From IMG/VR virus record IMGVR_UViG_3300009702_000021, positions 1-64,000 of that record: a DNA stretch of 64,000 nt; one strand, given 5' to 3'. Shown piece after piece: positions 19,469 to 29,915 of this stretch. The notes beneath the pieces are model-generated. The model saw only the letters and a list, made by a program, of their open reading frames with translations, was not told the DNA's origin and made no database searches. The translations under genes and the position numbers were made by a program. The number at the start of each line of letters is the position of its first letter. The stretch's first letter is position 1. Origin of the DNA: a virus.

Positions 19469-19669
19469 GTGGCCTACAAGATCACCTTCACGGACGGCGT
19501 CATCAGGCAGTTCCCGCTCGGGACCCAGCCGTGCTGCATCGCGCTCGACGAGTCTAAGAACAAGTGGGCCATGAAGAAGGTCCAGGACCTCCAGGCCGGT
19601 GACCACTTGGCCTTCTACTATGAAGCCAAGGGGCCGACGCAGGAGGTCCAGGTGGTCGAGGCAGTCTAG
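19469..19669 (+). CDS. small hypothetical protein
   Basis: SD AAGGAGG, GTG start. Confidence 0.55.
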   Translation: MAYKITFTDGVIRQFPLGTQPCCIALDESKNKWAMKKVQDLQAGDHLAFYYEAKGPTQEVQVVEAV

Positions 19670-19693
19670 CCATACACGCAGGAGTAACTCACC

Positions 19694-21226
19694 ATGGCTC
19701 GCAATACTCTCGCCGTTGAATACATGACGCCTGCTACGCAGGTCCAGGTCTACCGACTCAACAACGGTTCATTCATCGCCCTCGGAAACCCGTTCACTCC
19801 GTCGAACGGAATGGTCACGAACGCCAGCCCTCCCGCCCACACGAATCTGGCGGTCGAGTTCGGTGGAGACTTCTATGTCAACGTCGCCGGAGACGTGAGG
19901 AAGCTGGACCCTTCCACGGACAACTGGGTCGCTGAGACCCTCCCGGCCGTGACGCTCGATGCGAATGTGGACTTCACTGGGTTCTTTATCGGGTGGAGCA
20001 GCGCGGGGATCCCTCGCCTCTGTTGGGCACTCAGGACGAACACGAATCTCGCCAGGACGATGTACCTCGAACTAGGCGGGGCTTGGACCCTCGGTGCTCC
20101 GGGTCCCATTGTGACCCAAACTGCAGGTCAGGGCCCTTCTGGGCGTGGCATGTTCCGCAACACATTCCACACGAGCCTAGGGGGCAATGAGAGTCACAAC
20201 TACGACGTAGCGACTGACTCCTGGGGAGTCCAATTCTTGGGTCAGAATTCGAGGTCCCAGTTCGTTCGTGCGCGTGGCCGGTTCTTCATGTTGCGCACTA
20301 CCAGTGAGAATCCGCTCGGTGGGTTCTTGGATATCCACGAGTTCATTGGTGGCGTCTGGGTCTTGATCATCGACGGGTCGATCGTCGGTCAGCCCATGCT
20401 TCAGGATAACGGGATCGGCTATCCACTGAGCAGTGGAGGCAACTCCGCGGACGGCTTTGCTGCATTCTACGATCAGGCTGCTGACAAGATCATCATCGTC
20501 GCCTACGAGGACCTGGGCACAGTACAGACCCGTGGCATGAAGGTCCTCTCGGTCGACCCTGACACGCGCACCGTCGTGGATCTCACGACGCCAGTGGCGC
20601 CTGCGGCACTCCGCTACAACACGACAGCCCCGAGCGCTGTGATTGACGCTCGCATTCGGATCCAGGTTGACAATGAGACGAACCCGCTCGCTCAGACCGT
20701 CTCGGTCTGGATCGAGATCGCTGACGGCCAGTACGAAGGCTTTGCCTACGCCAACACGACCACGACCATGACATCCCTCGGAACTGGTGGAGGACGCGAG
20801 ATCGCCCTCGCGCACGACGTGATTGGTGGCGGCGAGTTCTTCTATGAGGGCTCCACGACGGCAGATCCATATCGGTCGGTGTTCGAGGTCCAGGCACGCG
20901 TCCCGATCCCTGGCGGGACGCGCATGTTCTTTACCGCGTGGGTATTCGACGAGACCGGTGGAGCACCTGCGACGACTGACCTGACGCTCGCCATTTACTA
21001 CAACAAGTCAGCCCAGGGCCTGTTTGGCAAGCCTGGCGCGCTCGCGTCAATCAGCGCTGTCGCAAAGGTTAGTGGGCCGGGATCGGCCCCGGTCCTGAGC
21101 GCCGGGAAGGTGAACAACGTCACGCCAGACGGGACAACGGTGTACTCCGTGGACTGGAATGCGGTCGGTGCGGCTCAGGTCGCAGACGGCGAGTTCCACC
21201 AGCTCATGCCGCGCGTCGAGGTCTAG
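19694..21226 (+). CDS. putative baseplate/receptor-binding structural protein
   Basis: SD AGGAG; beta-propeller-like composition; lies in the baseplate module. Confidence 0.55.
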   Translation: MARNTLAVEYMTPATQVQVYRLNNGSFIALGNPFTPSNGMVTNASPPAHTNLAVEFGGDFYVNVAGDVRKLDPSTDNWVAETLPAVTLDANVDFTGFFIGWSSAGIPRLCWALRTNTNLARTMYLELGGAWTLGAPGPIVTQTAGQGPSGRGMFRNTFHTSLGGNESHNYDVATDSWGVQFLGQNSRSQFVRARGRFFMLRTTSENPLGGFLDIHEFIGGVWVLIIDGSIVGQPMLQDNGIGYPLSSGGNSADGFAAFYDQAADKIIIVAYEDLGTVQTRGMKVLSVDPDTRTVVDLTTPVAPAALRYNTTAPSAVIDARIRIQVDNETNPLAQTVSVWIEIADGQYEGFAYANTTTTMTSLGTGGGREIALAHDVIGGGEFFYEGSTTADPYRSVFEVQARVPIPGGTRMFFTAWVFDETGGAPATTDLTLAIYYNKSAQGLFGKPGALASISAVAKVSGPGSAPVLSAGKVNNVTPDGTTVYSVDWNAVGAAQVADGEFHQLMPRVEV

Positions 21227-21262
21227 GACTTGCGGTACCGCAAATCTCCTGAGGAGTAACCC

Positions 21263-23143
21263 ATGCCCCTGCCATCTGGCGGCGCATCACATGAACCAGC
21301 ACTCGATGCAGTTTCGGTTCCGCCAGCGGCTGGGCCGGCACAGGAGGTTGCACTCGATGCAGTTTCGGTTCCGCCAGCGGCTGGGCCCTCGCGTTCACTG
21401 TCCCTATCTACAAGTGCAGGTGAGTCATCCGGTGCATCACAGGAGATGTCCGGTGACTTCCTTCCCCGCTCGTGGATAGGACCGGTCCAGGAGAAGCAGG
21501 GTAGCTTCCTCCCGGTACTGGCACCTACCAAGTTTTCGGGTCCAGCGCGTTCAGCCAAGATGGTCGCATCGCTGTTTCTCCCGCCAGGCGCAGGGCCGGC
21601 CCAGGAGTCACAGCTTGAAGCTGTAACTGGCCTCGCGCCCTTCGTAAACGATGTCGTAGTAGAGCAGCGTGATAGGGCCAATACTTTCCTGACCGACGTC
21701 TCCTTCCTTGCGGGTCAGGTGACGGGAGACAAGCTCTCGTTGGCAGTGGAGTGGCAGATCGGCGGTACGTCTGGGACATGGAATCCTGCGACTCCACAGA
21801 CATTTGATCGCAAGCATGATCCAGAGGACCCGGGTGGGATCATCCGTCGCGTGGATCGCCGTGGACTCGAGGGATACTGGCGCTTTGAGCAGGACTTCCT
21901 AGACACAGCGGAGTTCGCTCGCCCACTGACCGAGATCGGCACTGTTCCGTTCACTACAGGAGGCGTACAGGGAGACGCAGTCCAGTTCGCCAACAACTCA
22001 GCAAACTACCTACAGCGCAACGTCGATGACCCCACCATGGCGTTCGCAGCTGATGATGACTTCACGCTGCGTGTCTGGGTCCGCTGGACCAGCATCGCGG
22101 GTTCCCAGACCATCATTGAGAAGTTCACTCCACCCTCTGGGCCGGGCTGGAGCCTGACCAAGCTCGTCGACTCTCGGATCCAGTTCCACTACGGTGGCCC
22201 ACCGGGGCTTCTGATTGAGACCTCTGGCTCGCTCGCAGTCGCAGATGCAACTTGGCACCAGATCGTCGTGCGCCGCCGCACCAAGGTCCTCGAGGTGTTC
22301 TACGACGGGGCCAAGGCTGCGCTGGTCGTAGACCCTCCCGAGCCGATCACCCCGCTCGCTCCATCCACGAACTTCCTCACCCTGGGTCGTCGGTCGAACG
22401 GTACCCAGCCCCTGGATGCTGACGTGGATGAGGTTGCGATCTGGACGCGATCCCTCAGCAATGCAGAGGTAGTTCAGGACTATGCGGAGGGAGCCGGGCG
22501 AGTCCTCCCGGGCACCGAGACAGTTCCTCTCGGTCTTCCATTCAACTTCGTCTGGGACACGATCCGTGACCTACCGGAAGGAGAATTTGAGGACGTCTTC
22601 GTCAGGGTCAGCGTCTCCAACAACCCAACTACGTCGGTGATCGTTGGTCCGCTATCCATAGCTACGGTTGCTCTGACTTCCGAGGACGCCCTAGCACGGA
22701 ACCTCCAGCGGCGCGCACTCGCTGATCGGGTCGATCAAGACTTCCTCGGATGTGGGCTCCTGATCCCGTTCTGCCGTGGCTCAAGGGATTTTGAGAATGC
22801 TTGTGGGGTTGAATTGGTCCGCTCATCTGTACGACAGATCCTCGGGACTCGTGCCGCGGTTGGTCAGTTCCCAGGTGACCTCCCGTGGCGCCCAGATTTC
22901 GGCAATAAGATATGGATCCTGAGGCACCGGAACAATGACAGGATCCTGCGTGAGGAGGCGGTAGCGTTCGTCCAGGAGGCCCTCCGGTTCGAGCCGCGGG
23001 TAGAGGTCACGGAGGTCGTCGCCTCCGTTAACCCTGAGGACCCGAACCGGCTTGACGTCACGGTCCGATACCGGATCATCAAGACGAACACCCTGGACAA
23101 CAGGGTATTCCTACCCGAGTTCGAGGAAGTGGTAACGATCTGA
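21263..23143 (+). CDS. LamG/ConA-like domain fused to a C-terminal gp25/GPW baseplate wedge domain
   Basis: LamG motifs (YWRF, DFT...WV, WHQIV, DEVAIW.R.LS..EV) and gp25 motifs (IL.TR..G..PWRPDFG, EPRV). Confidence 0.8.
   Translation: MPLPSGGASHEPALDAVSVPPAAGPAQEVALDAVSVPPAAGPSRSLSLSTSAGESSGASQEMSGDFLPRSWIGPVQEKQGSFLPVLAPTKFSGPARSAKMVASLFLPPGAGPAQESQLEAVTGLAPFVNDVVVEQRDRANTFLTDVSFLAGQVTGDKLSLAVEWQIGGTSGTWNPATPQTFDRKHDPEDPGGIIRRVDRRGLEGYWRFEQDFLDTAEFARPLTEIGTVPFTTGGVQGDAVQFANNSANYLQRNVDDPTMAFAADDDFTLRVWVRWTSIAGSQTIIEKFTPPSGPGWSLTKLVDSRIQFHYGGPPGLLIETSGSLAVADATWHQIVVRRRTKVLEVFYDGAKAALVVDPPEPITPLAPSTNFLTLGRRSNGTQPLDADVDEVAIWTRSLSNAEVVQDYAEGAGRVLPGTETVPLGLPFNFVWDTIRDLPEGEFEDVFVRVSVSNNPTTSVIVGPLSIATVALTSEDALARNLQRRALADRVDQDFLGCGLLIPFCRGSRDFENACGVELVRSSVRQILGTRAAVGQFPGDLPWRPDFGNKIWILRHRNNDRILREEAVAFVQEALRFEPRVEVTEVVASVNPEDPNRLDVTVRYRIIKTNTLDNRVFLPEFEEVVTI
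21299..21387 (+). repeat. 38-bp direct repeat x2 (51-bp period) inside the CDS
   Basis: GCACTCGATGCAGTTTCGGTTCCGCCAGCGGCTGGGCC at 21299 and 21350 (ALDAVSVPPAAGP x2). Confidence 0.9.
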
Positions 23144-23343
23144 TGTCCAGCCAAGCAACGCCGCGAACTTCTAACTTCCTCGCCTGGCTCACGACTGAGC
23201 CGGATCACCACGAGGTCCGGTCGGCGCCGGGGACCTACTGCCGAGACCATTCTCTGGGTGAAGTGCTCTACTGTGGAAAGTGCAAGAAGGCGTGGAGCCC
23301 GTGCTGTAGCGAGTCGCGCCCGTGTCCGCAGGAGGAACGCTAG
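23143..23343 (+). CDS. small Cys-rich hypothetical protein
   Basis: Fills the gap exactly with TGATG/TAGATG coupling; CxxC motifs. Confidence 0.5.
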   Translation: MSSQATPRTSNFLAWLTTEPDHHEVRSAPGTYCRDHSLGEVLYCGKCKKAWSPCCSESRPCPQEER

Positions 23344-24885
23344 ATGGTCTCAACGATCACCAGCCAGGCGAGTGACTTCACGAGCCGGGACTTCGACTCA
23401 TGGGTGATCCAGCTACGCTCTAACGTCAACGCGGCATTTCCTGGCTGGACCGACTTCAATACATCTAACTTCGGCAACATCCTCCTCGAGATGTTCGCCC
23501 ACACGCTTGATGTCCTGAGCTTCTACCAGGACCAGCAATACCTCGAGACCCGGATCATGTTTGCCCAACTGCGCCGGTCCATGATCGCCCTGGGTAAGAA
23601 CGTGGGATTCGAGCTGCCCGGAGCCGTCGCGGCCACCGCGGACCTCGAGTTCACCTTCGCTGACGGACTAACTCGGGCGACCGACCTGATCATTCCCCAG
23701 GGGACGGTCGTCAGGACCAACGACCTGACGGATAACGTCGAGTTCGACCTCCTGGCCCCAGCCACGATCACGGCTGGTCTGATCCAGGTCAGCAGCCAGA
23801 GCGCCGAACAAGCCCGGGCCCAGGTCCAGGCGATCACTGCAGACGGTACGGCGGACCAGCGTGCTCAGTTGAACGCTACTCCCTACCTTGACCGGTCTGC
23901 CTCTGTCTTGTTCGGAATCACCGCCTGGACCGAGGTCGACGACTTCCTCTCGAGCGGTCCCGCCGATACCGTGTTCCGCGTGGCCGTGGACGAGAACGAC
24001 CGTGCGGCCCTGATATTCGGTGACGGCATCAACGGGGCAATCCCGTCTGGCGGAGGCACGGTTGACTACAAGACCGGGGGAGGGAGCCAGGGAAACGTGG
24101 ATGCCAACACGATCGATACCTTCCGCGACGGTAGCGTCTTCACGACGATCGGTGGAGAGTCGGTCCAGCTGCTCGTGCGGAACCCTAGCGCGGCATCTGG
24201 CGGTGTAGACCGCATGTCCGTCGAGGAGGCCAGGGTGGCGATCCCTGCGAGCCTCAGGACTGTCGGGAACCGGTCCGTGACCCGCGACGACTTCGAGGAC
24301 AACGCGAAGAAGGTCCGCGGCGTGGCCCGCGCGATGATGCTGACCTCGGACGACGACGCGACGATCCCGGAGAACACGGGGCGTCTCTACATCGTCCCGG
24401 TCGGCGGTGGTCTCCCGAGCGCAGCACTCAAGACTGAGGTCGCCGACTTCATCAACACCAGCTTCCCTCCAACGATCACGTTCACGTTCAGCGTCGAGGA
24501 TCCTGTCCTTCTGATCATCTCGTTCGACGCCGTGACCCACCTCAACCCGGGCGTGACTGAGGTTGAGGCCCGGACGGCAGTAGAGGCATCCCTCGATGCC
24601 TTCTTCTCACTGCTGAACGCTGACGGGTCAGAGAACAGCCAGATTGACTTCGGATTCAAGATCCGCACCGAGCGGATGCCGGCTGGGTCCCTCACTGGTG
24701 AGATCCCGTTCTCGGACCTGTTCAACGCTGTCCGTGATGCTGCGTTGCCTGACGGCCGGCTCGCCTTCCGCAAGGTGGAAGAGGACACGTTCGTGCCAGC
24801 CAACGACGTCGTCTTGCTTGATACCGAATTCCCCGTAGTTGGGAGCATATCACTCACCAATGGACAGACGAGCGCGCCTTACTAA
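23344..24885 (+). CDS. baseplate J/gp47 protein
   Basis: DFTSRDFDS, WTDFN...G.ILLE.FA, FGDG..G.IP and R.VT..DFE motifs. Confidence 0.92.
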   Translation: MVSTITSQASDFTSRDFDSWVIQLRSNVNAAFPGWTDFNTSNFGNILLEMFAHTLDVLSFYQDQQYLETRIMFAQLRRSMIALGKNVGFELPGAVAATADLEFTFADGLTRATDLIIPQGTVVRTNDLTDNVEFDLLAPATITAGLIQVSSQSAEQARAQVQAITADGTADQRAQLNATPYLDRSASVLFGITAWTEVDDFLSSGPADTVFRVAVDENDRAALIFGDGINGAIPSGGGTVDYKTGGGSQGNVDANTIDTFRDGSVFTTIGGESVQLLVRNPSAASGGVDRMSVEEARVAIPASLRTVGNRSVTRDDFEDNAKKVRGVARAMMLTSDDDATIPENTGRLYIVPVGGGLPSAALKTEVADFINTSFPPTITFTFSVEDPVLLIISFDAVTHLNPGVTEVEARTAVEASLDAFFSLLNADGSENSQIDFGFKIRTERMPAGSLTGEIPFSDLFNAVRDAALPDGRLAFRKVEEDTFVPANDVVLLDTEFPVVGSISLTNGQTSAPY

Positions 24886-25076
24886 TGAGTGAAGCTGAGA
24901 AGATCGCCAGAGCATTCCATGAGGCCTACGAGCGGCTTGCTCCTGCATACAGCTACAAGACCCGAAAGGCCAGTGCCGTAGACTGGCTTGATGTACCGGA
25001 GAACAACAGGGCCCTCATGGTGGCTACCGTTCAGGACCTCATCGACCGTGGTGATGTTGCGGTACCGCAAACATGA
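24885..25076 (+). CDS. small hypothetical protein
   Basis: TAATG coupling; IAR.FHEAYE.LAP motif; the palindrome forms its last codons. Confidence 0.55.
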   Translation: MSEAEKIARAFHEAYERLAPAYSYKTRKASAVDWLDVPENNRALMVATVQDLIDRGDVAVPQT

Positions 25077-25185
25077 CCAGGATGGCGGACAAGATGATTC
25101 GGTTTTCGACGCAGAGACGGGGTCTGGCCCGATCTGTAGGAAGCAGTCCTCACCTTGAGTTTCTCTCGGTATTTGAGGGTCGGTC

Positions 25186-25914
25186 GTGAGCTTTCTCCTC
25201 GAGGGTCTCATCCCGGACTTCAACCTCAGGATCGACGATCCCGTCATCGTCGTCCCCGGAGAGACCGTCACTCGAGGCTGGCTCGACGTCTTCCTGAACG
25301 AGATTCTCCAGCCGTCGCTCGATGATGCCTGTTCCGAGGCGCGGCGCTGGATTGACCAACAGGACATCGACACCGCAGACTCACAGACCATCGACGCTAT
25401 CCTCCGGGACCTCGGAAACCCGTTCGAGATCGCATTCAGCCTGCCACTGAACCGTCGACGCCTACTCGCCCGCGTCCTGTTTGACGTCTACAAGAGCAAG
25501 GGCACCACGACGGGCATGGAACAAGTGATCTTCGCCCTTACCCAGATCGCGGCAACGGTGGTGGCCCCGGGGACAGTATCTGCGTTCATCCTCAATGAGG
25601 ACGAGCTGGCAGATACGCCTACCGTGCCCCCTCCGGTGCCAGACGAGAGCCTGACCAGCTTCGGGTTCTTGGGCGTCTCACCGGGGTTCAACTTCTACAG
25701 CTTCCAGGTCGACGTTCCTCAGGTGCTTACCTCAGAGGAACGCGCTATCATCACGGAGATCGTGCTGCTGATGAAGCCGGCACATACACACTTCGTAGGA
25801 TTCATCGAGCCGGCGGCCGGGACGTCGATTGATCACTGGGAGTTAGGGCTGAGTCACCTGACGGATCCGAGCGAGCCACTCCTCGGGGACGAAGCCGACA
25901 TCCACGGGCCGTAG
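25186..25914 (+). CDS. baseplate/tail protein (P2 gpI-like)
   Basis: YKSKGT..G and MKPAHT motifs; follows gpJ. Confidence 0.85.
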   Translation: MSFLLEGLIPDFNLRIDDPVIVVPGETVTRGWLDVFLNEILQPSLDDACSEARRWIDQQDIDTADSQTIDAILRDLGNPFEIAFSLPLNRRRLLARVLFDVYKSKGTTTGMEQVIFALTQIAATVVAPGTVSAFILNEDELADTPTVPPPVPDESLTSFGFLGVSPGFNFYSFQVDVPQVLTSEERAIITEIVLLMKPAHTHFVGFIEPAAGTSIDHWELGLSHLTDPSEPLLGDEADIHGP

Positions 25915-25935
25915 GTCAGCAGCAGAGGTTAGACA

Positions 25936-27648
25936 ATGGATCGTAAGGACTTCTACTTCAGGCAGCGCCTCGCGCAGAGCGAGATGGACGATGCCTTCCA
26001 GGCAGCCGAGCTAGCAGATCAGCGGATCATGTCTGACGTGCTCGGTGCTGGATTCTTCATCGACGTGAGCAACACGGCGGTGGTGGTCGAGTCTAGCCCC
26101 CCGGCGCTCACCGTCAGCGCCAGTCAGCTCCTCGGTTACGACCAGCTGGGGCAGCGGCTCTCGAACCTGAGTAGCGCATTCCAGGGAGGCATTGAGATCG
26201 GGACTGCACCGCCCTACACGGTGGACCTCTCGGTCGATGAGAACGGCGCGGCAACAACCGTAGCAGCTCCGGGTAATGAACGCATCCTGACGATCTTCGT
26301 CAAGTTCGCGCGGAGACTGCTCGACCCGAGAGTGGACGGTAACGCCACCACGGTGTTCTTCGTTCGGGATGAGTCGATCCAGTTCAACGTAGCTCAGAGC
26401 GCGGAGGCGGCAGCCGGTACGGCGGTCCCGACGCCGGCTAGGACCGACGAGCTGATCCTCGCAGACGTTACTCGGATCTTCGGTCAGACGACCTTCCTCA
26501 ACGCCGACATCGACCAGTCACGACGCCAGGACTTTGCATTCTCCATCCTGCACGGTCCAAGCCATGCGGAGAATGGTGCAGACCCTGTCCCGAACGCCGT
26601 GGCGGTCGCGGGCCAGGGTGGGCTCCTGTCGGGTGCGGACAAGATCAAGCTCGACGACATCACCTTTACCCCCGCTGGAATCGGGACACGCCTGGGAAAC
26701 ACCCACTATCGCGACTTCCAGCCTACGAACATCAGCGCTCCGGCCGGGACCTCACTCGATGTCACTGGTTCCCTGGTCGGCAAGAACGCAACGGGCTCCC
26801 CGACCGTTGAGGGGGTTCTGGTCACGCCCCCGGACAACACGGTGATCATCAAGGACAGCGACCGGGACGACTTCCTCGATGCGAACGGTAACAAGGTCTA
26901 TGCCCGGCTGACCGAAACAGCTGGCGTCTGGACGCTGTCGTTCGTCAGCTTCGTCGAGGGCGCTCCTGGAACCGAGACCGCGTTCGACATGACCCCGTTC
27001 GCCGGCCAGGCCGTCCTGTGGTACATCCAGGAGGCCTTCTTCATCCACAACACCCCGCCGGCAAACGCACAACGGTCGATCCCCTCCGACCAGGTCGCCG
27101 CCGAGGTCCCGACCGCGTCGACGACTGTCCAGGGCAAGGGCCTCAAAGCCAACAACCCAGGCACTCAGCCGGCCGTACCGCAGATCGGCACCATCGCTGA
27201 GATCCAGAACAACACGGTTGAGCTGGCTGGAGGTCCGTGGCACACGATCAACCTCCCGTCCGGTGGAGCGTCCAGCTCGAGCCCCGGCGTGGTTGACATC
27301 CCGGCCAGCGCTGGCCCTTCAGGTCCAACCGGGCCCACTGGGCCTACGGGACCAACTGGCCCCGCTGGTCCTGGGTTCTCTAGCGCGAGTAGCTACTCCC
27401 TGAGCCCGAACATTCCTAGCTTCCCATCCGGTGGCTCGACCATCGCGTTCCCTGCTGGGTTCCCGGTCCGGGGATTCACGGTCACCAACGCAAAGTTAAA
27501 CCTCCCGATTGGCGGTCAGGCTGATACATTCGTGATCACCAATGCAGTGATTTCCGGCTCTCAGGTCAACGTTACAGAGTCCCATACGGACTCTGGTGGC
27601 GGGAGCGCAGATATCATCGCCCAGATCGGCGTGGTCAGCTTCGGGTAG
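25936..27648 (+). CDS. tail fibre protein with a short collagen-like (GPT)n segment
   Basis: Follows gpI; GLLS..DK.KLD fibre motif; GPSGPTGPTGPTGPTGPAGP. Confidence 0.75.
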   Translation: MDRKDFYFRQRLAQSEMDDAFQAAELADQRIMSDVLGAGFFIDVSNTAVVVESSPPALTVSASQLLGYDQLGQRLSNLSSAFQGGIEIGTAPPYTVDLSVDENGAATTVAAPGNERILTIFVKFARRLLDPRVDGNATTVFFVRDESIQFNVAQSAEAAAGTAVPTPARTDELILADVTRIFGQTTFLNADIDQSRRQDFAFSILHGPSHAENGADPVPNAVAVAGQGGLLSGADKIKLDDITFTPAGIGTRLGNTHYRDFQPTNISAPAGTSLDVTGSLVGKNATGSPTVEGVLVTPPDNTVIIKDSDRDDFLDANGNKVYARLTETAGVWTLSFVSFVEGAPGTETAFDMTPFAGQAVLWYIQEAFFIHNTPPANAQRSIPSDQVAAEVPTASTTVQGKGLKANNPGTQPAVPQIGTIAEIQNNTVELAGGPWHTINLPSGGASSSSPGVVDIPASAGPSGPTGPTGPTGPTGPAGPGFSSASSYSLSPNIPSFPSGGSTIAFPAGFPVRGFTVTNAKLNLPIGGQADTFVITNAVISGSQVNVTESHTDSGGGSADIIAQIGVVSFG

Positions 27649-27713
27649 GATCGCAGAGTGGGGCCTGAGTTTGCGGTACCGCAAACCGTTAGAGCACAGC
27701 AAAGGAGCACCTG

Positions 27714-28307
27714 ATGAGGCATTACCTTGGCTATACGGTGACTGGCGTGATCCGCTACATCGCATTCGGCCCACTACCGGTGGCGTGTGATCCGAACACT
27801 CCTGGGTCCGACGATACCGCTGACCACTTGATCGCCGAGGCTGCCCGGGACTGGCCGGACGTGATCGGCTGGCTCGAGTACAACTGCGCCTGTGCCGATG
27901 ACCAGTTCGGGACCTGCCAGTGCCCCCAGGCCCGGACTCAGGACTCGAACGTCGACATCAGCGGCGCCCCGGTCATGGCGACGCTTCCCACGGCGTCCTG
28001 GAAGCTCGACGGGGTCGCTAAGGCGGTCAACACCCGGGAGGCACCGGAGGTCCTCACGCCGGGCGCCACGGTCGCCGGCAAGCTCGTGGTAGCCCTCCCA
28101 GACACAACCGAGCTGAGCCTCGAGGCAATCCCGGGTATGGGCGCCATCCTCGCGGACGGCCTCCCGGCGACCCTGACGATCACATCAGGGGAATCCGACG
28201 CCGTCAACCTCACGGTCCCGCCGGCAGGCATCACTGGTGGCGTCCGGGTTCACACGGAGGGAGTCCACACGATCGCCGGCATGTTCATTCGCGGGAGCCT
28301 CTCGTGA
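27714..28307 (+). CDS. hypothetical tail-fibre-associated protein
   Basis: SD AAGGAG; position after the fibre gene. Confidence 0.55.
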   Translation: MRHYLGYTVTGVIRYIAFGPLPVACDPNTPGSDDTADHLIAEAARDWPDVIGWLEYNCACADDQFGTCQCPQARTQDSNVDISGAPVMATLPTASWKLDGVAKAVNTREAPEVLTPGATVAGKLVVALPDTTELSLEAIPGMGAILADGLPATLTITSGESDAVNLTVPPAGITGGVRVHTEGVHTIAGMFIRGSLS

Positions 28308-29092
28308 GCCTGGACCTGATCGAGCGCCACAAGAAGGACCGCGCGAAGATCCTCACAGTCCTCGAGAGCGCGCCAAGCTTCCCCACCCCACAGGACATCC
28401 ACTCGGTCAGCGTACCGGTTCCTCACGTCCAGTGGTGTGGACAGCAGAAGGGTGAGTATGAGGGGGAGGCCCTCAGCGAGTACGGCGATCGGACGCCGGT
28501 AAAGATGCCCTTCGAGTGGCTGACCAAGGACATCATGGTGATGAGGAACACCCTCGATCACTATCCCGGCGGACCCGGGGAGGCAATCAGGGTCGCAGAG
28601 TCGGTTAACAACTGGCGCCGGACTGACGTGATGACGGCGGACGATAAGCCGCGGATCATCTATGACGATGAGTCTCGGAACAACGATGCTCTGTCAATCT
28701 GGCGGGGTAATGATGAGGCCCTAGTACTCCTCGAGCGTGCCTTGATGCTCGTATCGAGCGCCGCCGTGTTTTGCTACCAGACCAACAACACGTTCCTCGA
28801 TGTCCGGCATGACATGGGCTACCTACTCAACCGCTATCGTGAAGGTCAGTACTTCCGGGCCCACATCGACACGGTTCGGAACGACGCCTACCTCGCCCTG
28901 CGGCGACTGAGCCTGGTGATCTTCCTCAACTCAGTCGAGGAAGGCGGAGAGCTGCTGTTCATCCGCGACAACATCAAGATCAAGCCAGAGCCAGGCCTCG
29001 CCGTCGCCTTCCCAGCCGGGATCACGCACCCACACGAGGCGTGCGAGGTCACGAAGGGCGTCAAGTACGCGATCGTGACGTGGTACGTCTGA
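28304..29092 (+). CDS. 2OG-Fe(II) oxygenase (prolyl-4-hydroxylase-like)
   Basis: RY..GQYF..HxD, R.LSLV.FLN...EGGEL.F and HPH...V..G.KY.IVTW motifs. Confidence 0.9.
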   Translation: MSLDLIERHKKDRAKILTVLESAPSFPTPQDIHSVSVPVPHVQWCGQQKGEYEGEALSEYGDRTPVKMPFEWLTKDIMVMRNTLDHYPGGPGEAIRVAESVNNWRRTDVMTADDKPRIIYDDESRNNDALSIWRGNDEALVLLERALMLVSSAAVFCYQTNNTFLDVRHDMGYLLNRYREGQYFRAHIDTVRNDAYLALRRLSLVIFLNSVEEGGELLFIRDNIKIKPEPGLAVAFPAGITHPHEACEVTKGVKYAIVTWYV

Positions 29093-29901
29093 TGCGAGTC
29101 GTCACCATCGCTCTGATCCTGGGCGTCCTGGTCCAGGGCTGCTGCAACCCCGATGTCAAGATGAACCTCAGCTACGGACCTATGTCGGAGAACACGTTCG
29201 ATGTCTACTCACCAGGCGAGTTCTGTCCTGGTCACGGCAAGTCGAACCGGCCGGCGATTATCGCAATCCATGGCGGGGCCTGGCGTAGCGGAGACAAGAG
29301 CTGGGGTGAGCGGGTCGCGGACCGGTTCACTCCGAACGGCTACGTGGTGTTCAGCATCAACTACCGGCTCGCGCCGGGATCACGCTGGCCCGCCCAGATC
29401 AACGACTGCGTGGCAGCCCTGCGCTACTTTCGCGGTACCGCAAACCTCTGGGGCATCGACCCGGACCGAATCGCCGCATTCGGGGTATCCGCCGGAGGCC
29501 ACCTAGCCGCCATGCTGGCGCTCCGTGGGCCAGACCGGGTGAATGTAGCAGTGACTGCTGATGGGGAGGGAGACCTGGCGGTATTCGGGAGAGCCCCAAT
29601 CATGGCCGACGAGACGTCGATCCTGGAGGACGTACTGGGGCCCCAGCCATTCACCCAGGCGGACCTCGTGTCACTGAGCCCAGTCCGCTACGTGCGGCCC
29701 GACGTGGCCCTCATGGTCATCCACTCAACAGGTGACCAGAACGTCTACTACGACCAGGGAGTACGCCTCCACGACGCCCTCCTGGAAGCCGGAGCAACGA
29801 CGGCGTTCGAGACCGTTAACGACGACTGCCACGGAAGGTGTTGGCGAGAGCCGAAGCCACTCCGGGCGATCAAGCGATTCCTAGCTGACAACCTGAATTA
29901 G
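29092..29901 (+). CDS. alpha/beta hydrolase (HSL-type esterase), probable lipoprotein
   Basis: HGGAW oxyanion motif, NYRLAP, GVSAGG nucleophile elbow; signal peptide ending VQGC. Confidence 0.9.
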   Translation: MRVVTIALILGVLVQGCCNPDVKMNLSYGPMSENTFDVYSPGEFCPGHGKSNRPAIIAIHGGAWRSGDKSWGERVADRFTPNGYVVFSINYRLAPGSRWPAQINDCVAALRYFRGTANLWGIDPDRIAAFGVSAGGHLAAMLALRGPDRVNVAVTADGEGDLAVFGRAPIMADETSILEDVLGPQPFTQADLVSLSPVRYVRPDVALMVIHSTGDQNVYYDQGVRLHDALLEAGATTAFETVNDDCHGRCWREPKPLRAIKRFLADNLN

Positions 29902-29915
29902 AGACTGGAGACCAC

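Noticed and set aside
21299-21387. DGR template/variable repeat pair
   Set aside because: The copies are identical, short and tandem, with no adenine-specific differences and no reverse transcriptase in the window
8752-25914. Extracellular contractile injection system or tailocin
   Set aside because: A tape measure, G/GT chaperone, head-neck genes and a full replication module indicate a phage
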